The notes under the pieces: model-generated | What the model was told of the DNA's origin: nothing | The model's database searches: none | Seen by the model: only the letters and a program-made list of their open reading frames with translations | Made by a program: the position numbers and the translations under genes | Source of the DNA: Bdellovibrionales bacterium | GTDB taxonomy: Bacteria > Bdellovibrionota > Bdellovibrionia > Bdellovibrionales > UBA1609 | Length of the DNA stretch: 58,865 nt | Assembly (NCBI GenBank): GCA_050246815.1 | Contig: JBFWVI010000017.1 | Coordinates: forward strand, 1-58,865 | Reading direction: 5' to 3' | Shown: piece by piece, positions 1-7,731 of the stretch | Position numbering within the stretch: the first letter of the stretch is position 1 | Layout: every line of letters starts with the position of its first letter

Positions 1-69
1 GCCAGAGCGTATCAGCTCAACCATGCGGTCTCTAAACTCGCTCGAATAACGTTTGGCTTTCTTTGACAT
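1..69 (-). CDS. IS3 transposase OrfA, N-terminus (runs off window)
   Basis: MSKKAKRYSSEFRDRMVELIRSG matches the R-Y-S-x-E-F-[KR] HTH start of IS3 OrfA; not in the ORF track. Confidence 0.85.
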   Translation of the reverse strand, partial: MSKKAKRYSSEFRDRMVELIRSG

Positions 70-100
70 AATGGACTCCTTCTACCCCCTGAGGGTATTT

Positions 101-127
101 TGTGTCCACTAATTCGGGGCAACTCCA
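101..127 (-). repeat. IS3 left terminal inverted repeat
   Basis: tgtgtccactaattcggggcaactcca; the partner repeat is outside the window. Confidence 0.75.
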
Positions 128-2613
128 TAACTGCAACATTGTTGTATGCCGATCACGATATTTTGCCTGCCATTGATGGGGTCTGGAGCAAACAACTATC
201 GGAGCCTTCAATCAACCGATTAAGATGTGTGGCTCTGGGATCTAGTCACCCTGCAAAAACCGTGAAGCAAAAGGACTGGGTAGCTGAACAGTTAACTAGA
301 TCAATGCCATCGAGTCGAACCATCTTAGCCAACCTTTGCTTTCCCCTTTCACGAGTACCGCAACACCCGCTGGGGTCATTACTAGTACACGAGGTGCTTT
401 CGTCGTTCAGTCGACCAGCTGATCGAGATCTGCTGTGGTCAGGATTGGATAGTATCCCGACAAATCAGAATGCTATATGGGAAGGTTACGGGCCGAATCC
501 TATTGTTGAGGAAGTTTATACGCTAGACGAAGACGATAAGTTTGATGGTCTACCTCTTCTTCACGCGTGGAATCTTGCATCCGTAGATAATACCATTGTT
601 GATCGATGCAGTAAAAATCTGACCACATGGGGCACCAAATGTCCTTCAGAGTTCTTAAAGCTATTTAGCATTGTAATGCCAACCAATGATCCCCAAATTA
701 ACGAATCTCTTCTTTGCTGTGCCTATGGGATTGCTTCAGTTTTAAAACCAACTGAACGTACTTTCGTTCGTGACATGACAACATGGCTTTTAAAAAATGT
801 TTTTACCTCTGAAGGGCTCACTGAATATCGAAGTTCCATCATTAGGGCTACTGGTCGAGCTATAATTGAACGAGCTCTCGAGTTAGGTCTCGTCTCCGAA
901 AAGGAAGCACAAGCGGCAAGGCCGCCATTTTCTCTAAAATTTGAAATGTTGCCTCTAAATAAAGAAGCAGCTTTAGAAAAGGAATCATACGGACCGATTT
1001 GGCACGATCTCGCTTGGTATGTGATCAAGGGTGCCTATAGAGGATTTTTCGAGCCAAAGCACGAAAGATATATTTCTGAATCTGATGAAGATAAAAAACC
1101 TATTTATTCTCGCCTTAGCGACGAATACATCGAATATTTACGCACGGAAAAATTAGGAAAGCTCTCAGCAGAGGAGCTGAAAGAGTTGGATGGCCTCGTT
1201 AACGAACGAGTTAAAAGTAGAAAGTCATGGGAAGAAAGAAAGCTAGAGTTCACTGATGAAGAAAGATCTACGCTTTTGGAGAAACTCGCAAATTCAAAAC
1301 GAAGTGAGGCACCCAAGACCATCCAAGAACAGTACTATCCAGACGCTGCCAAATTATTGGAAGAAGCGAAGCGTGTTCTTGGATTCGATGTGGGACCACA
1401 TCAGCTAACTCTAGCCGCAGGAATTGCTTTTATTGAAAAACTCGGATGGTCAGAAGAGGTTTTCTATGGAAAACCAAATGGTGGTAAGGAAGGAGAAATA
1501 TTAGGAGCCGACTTGGCTGTTACAAGAAAGCATTTTATGTCGAGCCACGGCTCTCGCTCCAAGATAATGAGCTTTGGTGAAAAGTATGTGTGGGCAGCCG
1601 TTCACTATCTTCAAGGGTATTACTCGGACTATATCGAGCACAGCTCTATGGGCGATGACCGAACCCCGGTTTCCGACTACTCGCTGATTGAAGATTTTCA
1701 GAATCCTGCACAAATAGTTTCTCCCAAGTATTCCGACACGAATAAACGGCAACGATTCATACTACCTTGTCAGATTTCACCAGCTGCCCCCGAAATTTCA
1801 GGGGATCTCAAGCCTAGCATTTCAAACTGGGTTCAAAACGCCGCGATACCGGATTTTCGCACTATGATTTTGCCTGATCTTAAATTCACAAAACACCTTA
1901 TTGAAAATCAAGAACTAGCACTCATCAATTCTTTCGTCAGTTTAACTGAGCCCACTGGCTTGGGTAACTCACTACTATGGCTGCACATGTTCCTTATCGA
2001 AAAAGGTGAACTAGAAGCTTTCAAAACCAACCTAGTATCAGATAACTGTTTCCTGAGACGCTTAATCGATGACGTAAACTCGGGAATGACCACTGGAGTA
2101 GAATGCGACTGCTATATAACTCCAAGAGATGTCATCTTTCAAAGTTGGAAAAAAGAAATCGAACCTCAAATTTCAGTAGCAATTGTCAAAGATGGAAAGC
2201 TCGTCAGTATCAAATTAGATAAATGTCTTTGCGAGGTTACCACGACCTCTACTGCGAACGGCGAGCGCAGCTATACTTTGCCTGCAAGGATCTTAAGAGG
2301 CGGATTAGGTATTGTCGAAGGAGATGGTATTGAATTTTTCAATGCGCAGGGTGAGTTAATCGCAATACATAGCAGCGCCGGTGCAGGTTTTAAGGACTCC
2401 CAAGACAATTTGTATGTGGACCGTAAAAAATTGATTGAGTTTTCAAAGTCTAAAGGCAAAGTACCTATTTGGCTCGTACGCTTTGATCGCAGACAATCAA
2501 CAAAAGCTTTTCATTCTATTGGACGAGTAGATCCGGAAATTTCTCATTATCAGTTATTTTTCTTAGAAAATGATCAGCTTAACGGATTTAATTTTGATCC
2601 TGAATCTCGCTAG
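128..2613 (+). pseudogene. C-terminal part of an Avs/AVAST-like STAND NTPase, interrupted by IS3
   Basis: HPLGSLLVHEVL...ADRDLLWS and SFGEKYVWAAVHYLQGYYSD resemble conserved C-terminal motifs of Avs-type proteins as I recall them. No P-loop is present and the frame begins at the IS end. Confidence 0.6.
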
Positions 2614-2649
2614 CGTAATAGACTAAATATATGAGCTGTTAGCATGAAA

Positions 2650-3948
2650 TTATAAATCTAAGTTTGGAAATTTCAATTGAGGATCATAAGCACTCTTCGA
2701 TTCCTCTCCAGAAAAACGCCAGTCATACCCATAGGCTTTTTTGCGATATCCATAGCCAGTTGTACAAGGCTTTCGTAAACAAACAGAACTAATAGAGGAC
2801 ACACAATTCATATTTTTAGCTTTGCCATTTTTCACTAGCCATTTTGCAGCCTCATGTTGACTCTGGAAGCGTTTTAAAACTTTCCCTGAAAACAAATCAA
2901 TCATACATACTTCTTTACTTGTTTTCGCTGCCGCTGCTTTGGCTCTTTTGCTCGTATTAGCCCTAGCTTGCTCTGAGTTCTGCTCTCTCCAAATCTTTAG
3001 TGAGGACTTACGCTTGTCCTTGGATTCTTCGCTTGCAAGGGCATTCAGTCGATTTTTTTCCCATGCCGCATGTTTTTCTGGGTTTTCAATAAGGTACTTT
3101 TTGAGACTTGCTTTTCGCTTATCTTGGCACTCTTTGGACTTTACTACTTCGTGATTTTTGCGTCTGGCAGCTGCATACGCTAGAGGAGAATTCTTCATCC
3201 ATTTTTTAATGCGAACCGCAGACATCTTGCGATACTCCGCAGTGCTCATGACTTCTTTTATTCTTCGACTTCTCTCTCTCAGAGCAGGAGTATCACCTGA
3301 TCGAAATGCTTTTTTTGCAGCTTCTAGCATTGGCTTGAATTGTTCAGGGTGACTTTTCATGTACTGACGCTTTTTTTCACTTGTTTCAGCCACGGACGGA
3401 TGTTTTGTAGTACCGCCTCCACCAGCAACAAGATTTAGACATTTCTCATCAGCTAAAAGGTCTTCATCGACAATTGTGGCCTCAAGCTGCTCTGTCTCCT
3501 CAGCTGTTTTGCATGAAGCGATATAATAACGCGCAAACTGCGCACTATTGCTTTTGAATTTGTTTACGAATTTGAGGCCCGACCCCTGATATCGCGTCAA
3601 CTCAGACCATTTGGGTCGATTAACTTTACCAATATAATACTCGCCACTCTCCCAGTTTATTTGGATGTAAATGGCTCTATAATAACCGTCAGTACTGTTC
3701 CTCATACGAACAAGCTCACTATGGGTCAAAACATCAAACCAACGACCCTTGATCGCTATACGTTCTTTATTAAATCCTAATCTCGCTAAGGTTCGCTTAG
3801 AATCAAAAGAACTAGAGGCATCATTATCCCACGATAATTCAAAAGGGCTAAACTCCCGCCAAAATTTGATTTTTTCGTTAATAGTGATTGTCACACCTAG
3901 ATGGTTCTCGCTCAGACTTCCCCCATTTACATGAATTGAACCGACCAA
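2650..3948 (-). CDS. GIY-YIG endonuclease (Seg-like) with C-terminal NUMOD1-like HTH
   Basis: AIY...YYIGK...RYQGSG, a later Glu and NL..GG; basic helical linker; C-terminal KVLKRFQSQHEAAKWL...ISSVC...AYGYDWRF. Start uncertain (TTG 3948 or ATG 3705). Confidence 0.75.
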   Translation of the reverse strand: MVGSIHVNGGSLSENHLGVTITINEKIKFWREFSPFELSWDNDASSSFDSKRTLARLGFNKERIAIKGRWFDVLTHSELVRMRNSTDGYYRAIYIQINWESGEYYIGKVNRPKWSELTRYQGSGLKFVNKFKSNSAQFARYYIASCKTAEETEQLEATIVDEDLLADEKCLNLVAGGGGTTKHPSVAETSEKKRQYMKSHPEQFKPMLEAAKKAFRSGDTPALRERSRRIKEVMSTAEYRKMSAVRIKKWMKNSPLAYAAARRKNHEVVKSKECQDKRKASLKKYLIENPEKHAAWEKNRLNALASEESKDKRKSSLKIWREQNSEQARANTSKRAKAAAAKTSKEVCMIDLFSGKVLKRFQSQHEAAKWLVKNGKAKNMNCVSSISSVCLRKPCTTGYGYRKKAYGYDWRFSGEESKSAYDPQLKFPNLDL

Positions 3949-3990
3949 ATGTGAGCTTTTTTAACGCACTGTCAAGCAAAGGCGGCTATA

Positions 3991-4057
3991 CAGGAACTAG
4001 AAACCTCCCCAGGAACCAGCAAAACCGTTGACCGGAACCACAATCAGGAACTAGAAA
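3991..4057. repeat. Four short direct repeats, possible integrase arm-type sites
   Basis: caggaactagaaa at 3991 and 4045, caggaaccagcaaa at 4010, ccggaaccacaa at 4032. Confidence 0.55.
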
Positions 4058-4121
4058 TAAATCTAATATAAACCGCTTCTTTCAAGCACTTGGACGCTAA
4101 GCGACGAACGCGAAGCACTCG

Positions 4122-4150
4122 TTCCTGAGTCTTAGGGCAAGGGGACGCCA
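4122..4150 (+). other. Degenerate tRNA-Arg 3'-half remnant, putative att site
   Basis: ttcctga-gtctt-agggc...ggggac-gcca resembles anticodon loop, stem, variable loop and acceptor end with the T-arm missing. Confidence 0.4.
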
Positions 4151-4214
4151 ATCTTCTTTTCGGCCCATTTCGGCGTGAGATGACTTACTACCAAATTTAT
4201 TTCAGAATTAGAAA

Positions 4215-5357
4215 ATGACTCCTGTTCATGAAATTGCATTCTTAGTTTTAAGTGGCGCACTTAGTTGCTGGACTTGGCCTGCTGAAAACAATCCATGTCC
4301 GAACGCTGATTCACTCAAGATACCAGCATACGAAAAACCTGATCTTAGAAAAAAACCTCTCAAATTTATCGATCGTAATTCATTTAAATCTTTTCTGACC
4401 GCGGAAGTTGGATATGAAGAAAATGGTTTCGCGGTGTTTGAAACTAAAAATTCTGACTGGTATCAAATTATGAATGAGTCGGGCGAAAAGCTTTGGCTGA
4501 ACCTACCCAGTGTTGAAAAGCAATTTCAATCGCATTTATCAACGTCAGATAAAGCCAGTCATTCAGCCTCTTGGCGACTAGAAAAAATAGAAAAGCTTGT
4601 CGGCCAGGGCATGGCGCGAGTTGAACCCGATTATTTAAAATATTTAAGAAACGAAGACTTGAAGTCACAGGTACAAATTCCCAAACAAATTCTTGTGCAT
4701 ATTCATGAGCGGCAACTTAAATCGCGATTGAACGAGACAAAGACTGAGTTGCCTACGTCTTTTGTTGAGGTAAGTTTGCCATGTACTTATAGAGAGATTT
4801 CTCCCGGCCACAAAACCGGATCCTGTACCCCGCCACCCAAAATTGCAGCGTACGAAAAGCCCGATCTAAATGCCCCGAATACAAAGATTGCTATGTCGTG
4901 GGCCAATTGGGCAGGAAAACCAATAGTCACGCCAAATCAAGAAAGAACACTTGAGCATCTTTATATATTTTCTGACAGCAGTGATTGGCTAAATATCCAG
5001 GTTGCATTTGGCGATTCGGCGAAACGATCCCGATGGGTGAAAAAAAGCGACATCGGGCAATTTAAAATTCAAAATTTACCTTATGATGAACGAGTTGCCG
5101 CGCTCATTCATATTTTAGAGTCAACTAACCGCCCCGACGACGCTGCCAAAATTAAAGAGCTGTCTCCAGAACCAGGGTTCCGCGCAACTGGTAGAACAAA
5201 GTGGTCGTCCGATGGTGTCCTGTGGGGAGAGATCAACATCCAGGACTTCCCCGCATGTTCAGTTGAAGAACCCAAAACGCTAATGAAAGCTTGGTTACCT
5301 TATAAACTAAACAGAAAATCGCCGTCGATCCTAAGTTGGTACTCGCGAGGCTGCTAA
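4215..5357 (+). CDS. Hypothetical exported protein with internal repeat (SH3b-like?)
   Basis: Hydrophobic N-terminus; IPAYEKPDL and IAAYEKPDL each followed later by DWxxI...W. Confidence 0.6.
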   Translation: MTPVHEIAFLVLSGALSCWTWPAENNPCPNADSLKIPAYEKPDLRKKPLKFIDRNSFKSFLTAEVGYEENGFAVFETKNSDWYQIMNESGEKLWLNLPSVEKQFQSHLSTSDKASHSASWRLEKIEKLVGQGMARVEPDYLKYLRNEDLKSQVQIPKQILVHIHERQLKSRLNETKTELPTSFVEVSLPCTYREISPGHKTGSCTPPPKIAAYEKPDLNAPNTKIAMSWANWAGKPIVTPNQERTLEHLYIFSDSSDWLNIQVAFGDSAKRSRWVKKSDIGQFKIQNLPYDERVAALIHILESTNRPDDAAKIKELSPEPGFRATGRTKWSSDGVLWGEINIQDFPACSVEEPKTLMKAWLPYKLNRKSPSILSWYSRGC

Positions 5358-5367
5358 TTCCTCACAA

Positions 5368-5399
5368 GCAGTTCGAAACTGCCGGACTTGGGGACGCCA
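5368..5399 (+). other. tRNA 3'-end-like remnant, putative att site
   Basis: gcag-TTCGAAA-ctgc T-arm-like hairpin followed by ggggacgcca. Confidence 0.45.
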
Positions 5400-5557
5400 A
5401 ATAAGCCGACGTAGAACCCTTTCGCGGCAGCTCCGGCGACAGCACTCCGCGTACACCGGGCTACTAGCGAACAAAGAAAATAACTACTTAGGTTAAGTTT
5501 CTTTCAGCATTCGATTATGGATTTCTTTCTATCGACTGGAGAAAAACCTCCCGAGAC

Positions 5558-5592
5558 ATGACAAAATGTCCCACCAAGAGGCGGTTTGTCTC
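5558..5592. promoter_or_regulatory. Tandem activator sites (GRGACA-N3-TGTCYC)
   Basis: atgaca-aaa-tgtccc (5558-5572) and gaggcg-gtt-tgtctc (5578-5592). Confidence 0.65.
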
Positions 5593-5630
5593 GATAGACC
5601 CCCTTCTATTCGATCCTAGGCCCTACCAAT

Positions 5631-5646
5631 CGGCCCCGACTATGCA
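5631..5646 (+). promoter_or_regulatory. sigma54 -24/-12 promoter
   Basis: cGGccccgactatGCa has GG-N10-GC spacing, 39 nt after the palindrome. Confidence 0.55.
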
Positions 5647-5649
5647 GAC

Positions 5650-6084
5650 TCATATGCCGAAGACCAGTTTGCCGCCAATTTGCCCGACCCGAACGGCAAT
5701 GTAAAACTGGCTGGCCAAAAGCACAAGGAGTGCCCCGTGAAAAAAAATCGACCACTTCAAGTTGCGCAGGGTTACAGCCAAAACCAGCAGACACAAAACG
5801 GCCAGCCAAATCAACATAAACCAAAAAGCCAACTCTTGGTGTTCGACCAAGAGTTCGGTTGGTGCCGAAGAAAGCACCATATCCCGCTGCCCCGTCAGGT
5901 AAGCCAGTGCAGCGCCAACCAATTGCACAACCACGACACCGATATGCAAAAACCAAGTTCGATGGGGCAAAAGCTGAGTTTTGATCAAAATCAGGAGCAA
6001 AACATGAATCAACGGAAACAAAAAGGCCAAGGCCAAAGGAACATGGACAGCCGCACTGTGATGAAGATTGATCATTTCGTTCAT
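5650..6084 (-). CDS. DUF2231-like membrane protein
   Basis: Four TM segments; H..AVHVPLAL, a His before TM3, GGKLVF end; start may be ATG 6075. Confidence 0.75.
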   Translation of the reverse strand: MNEMINLHHSAAVHVPLALAFLFPLIHVLLLILIKTQLLPHRTWFLHIGVVVVQLVGAALAYLTGQRDMVLSSAPTELLVEHQELAFWFMLIWLAVLCLLVLAVTLRNLKWSIFFHGALLVLLASQFYIAVRVGQIGGKLVFGI

Positions 6085-7221
6085 AGACTAAAGCCATCCT
6101 TTAATTGGCGTCAACTGGCATTGCTGCTTCTGCTGGTGCTGCCCGGTCTGGTTCAGGCCGATGAAGTGGACGGTCTGACCAAGGGGTTGATGCACAGTTT
6201 TGTGCTCGAATACGCCAAGATGAACCCTTATCTCACCAGCGAAAAAGCCTTCAGCAGCAAGGAAGGACAGGCGACCATAGGAAAATCGCTCAAAGTGCTG
6301 GCCGGCAAAGTTAAAAGCACTTCACCCCAACTTGAAGGTAGTCCTGGCTTTCGCATAACTTATGGCCTTCTGGCCGACCACCTGCAAAAGACCGAACAGG
6401 CCTTTCAAAGCGGCGAAATGGATCATGCCCGCATGCGCATCAACGGCCTGGGCAATTTGTGCGCCGCTTGTCATATGCAGGCGCCCAGGATTTCTCATTT
6501 TTCTGCCTTTGAGTTTGTGGTGGAACGAAGTCAAGATGTCAGCTTCAACAACGCCGAATTTTTGTTTGTCGTACGCCGTTATGACGAAGCCTTAGCCCAG
6601 TATGATAAACTGGTGCGAGACTATCCAAAATCAGGTCTCACGCCGGACCAGCTCAGCGAAGTCTATCGCCGTAAACTTGCCATTTTCGCACGCGTTTATC
6701 GAGACCCCAACGCGGCTACCGAAAACCTGAGCACTGATCTCAAGAATAAAAACCTGCCGATAGACGTGCGACGCAATATTGAAAGCTGGAGCACCACACT
6801 GCAAAGCTGGAAAAATGAAAAAGTCGATCCCGCCAAATTAAAAACCGCGGATCTTCTGACCTATACCAGCAAAAATCTGCCCGTGGACCTGAGCCGAAAA
6901 ATTGCGCCGGACAATCCACAATTGCTGCATATTTTAAGAATCTCGGGACTTTTGTACGAACGCTTGTACAAAGATCCCGCCAGTGACAACACCCAAGGAC
7001 TTTTGTACTATTTGGCTCGCTGCGAGCGAAGTTTGGCCCCTTTGTATTGGTACCCCATCAATGAAATTTACTTGAAACAGTGTGTTGTGCAATATCCCAA
7101 GAAGTCCTATTCAAAACGCTGCTTCGAAGCCTATCGTGAAGGCATGCAAGAGCGCTACTTTGGACGCCCCTTGCCTGATGGAGTACAGCAAAGTATTAAT
7201 GCATTAAAAGAATCTATTTAG
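6061..7221 (+). CDS. Exported cytochrome c'-like (single CXXCH) TPR protein
   Basis: Signal peptide ...LLLLLVLPGLVQA, helical domain ending CAACH, TPR-like repeats. The upstream part of ORF 5680 is antisense to DUF2231; start uncertain. Confidence 0.7.
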   Translation: MKIDHFVHRLKPSFNWRQLALLLLLVLPGLVQADEVDGLTKGLMHSFVLEYAKMNPYLTSEKAFSSKEGQATIGKSLKVLAGKVKSTSPQLEGSPGFRITYGLLADHLQKTEQAFQSGEMDHARMRINGLGNLCAACHMQAPRISHFSAFEFVVERSQDVSFNNAEFLFVVRRYDEALAQYDKLVRDYPKSGLTPDQLSEVYRRKLAIFARVYRDPNAATENLSTDLKNKNLPIDVRRNIESWSTTLQSWKNEKVDPAKLKTADLLTYTSKNLPVDLSRKIAPDNPQLLHILRISGLLYERLYKDPASDNTQGLLYYLARCERSLAPLYWYPINEIYLKQCVVQYPKKSYSKRCFEAYREGMQERYFGRPLPDGVQQSINALKESI

Positions 7222-7234
7222 AAAGGCTAACACC

Positions 7235-7714
7235 ATGAACGCAGCTCATTTTCATCTTCTCGTGAACCACTTCCCCCTGATTGGATTGTTTTTTGCGCTA
7301 CCACTTTTGATTTATGGTTCGCTTCGCTCGAATGAACATTTTGTGCGAGCAGGCCTTTTTGTCGCCTTGGTCGCGGGATTATTGGCCGCGCCCACCTTTC
7401 TGACCGGTGAGCCGGCTGAAGAAATTCTTGAAAAACGACCGGGCTTTTCTGAGCCCCTGGTCGAAGCCCATGAAGAGGCCGCTGAATTCGCCATTTGGGT
7501 AATCAGCATCACCACCTTGGCTGCCGCCGTAGCACTTTGGGCCTCCGTCAAAAAAAATACCAACTCCAAGATGCTAATCCGAGCTGTCATCGTGTTGAAC
7601 CTCTTTTCACTCGTGGTTATGGCCAGAACCAGCCAGCTGGGCGGCAAAATCGCACACCCTGAGATCCGCGACTCTAACGCGCCATCGTCGCCAGCCCATG
7701 AAGGTCACGATTAA
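7235..7714 (+). CDS. DUF2231-like membrane protein
   Basis: HFHLLVNHFPLIG, TGEPAEE, EAHEEAA, GGKIAH. Confidence 0.75.
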   Translation: MNAAHFHLLVNHFPLIGLFFALPLLIYGSLRSNEHFVRAGLFVALVAGLLAAPTFLTGEPAEEILEKRPGFSEPLVEAHEEAAEFAIWVISITTLAAAVALWASVKKNTNSKMLIRAVIVLNLFSLVVMARTSQLGGKIAHPEIRDSNAPSSPAHEGHD

Positions 7715-7731
7715 GTGATATCTACTTTGAG

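Larger units (their letters stand above)
1..127 (-). mobile_element. IS3-family insertion sequence, left end (rest outside window)
   Basis: The minus strand starts TGGAGTTGCCCCGAATTAGTGGACACA (IS3-type 5'-TG terminal repeat), followed by RBS AAGGAG and an ORF MSKKAKRYSSEFRDRMVELIRSG. Confidence 0.85.

Noticed and set aside
100..127. TTG start of the 837-aa ORF
   Set aside because: It lies at the IS3 terminal repeat and is not the native start.
2650..3948. Group I intron or intein around the GIY-YIG gene
   Set aside because: No interrupted host gene or recognisable intron core in the flanks.
3991..4057. CRISPR-like array
   Set aside because: Repeats are about 13 bp with very short irregular spacing and there are no cas genes; no CRISPR array seen in the window.
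5680..6060. Q/K-rich N-terminal extension of the 513-aa ORF
   Set aside because: It is the antisense shadow of the DUF2231 gene; the signal peptide begins after it.
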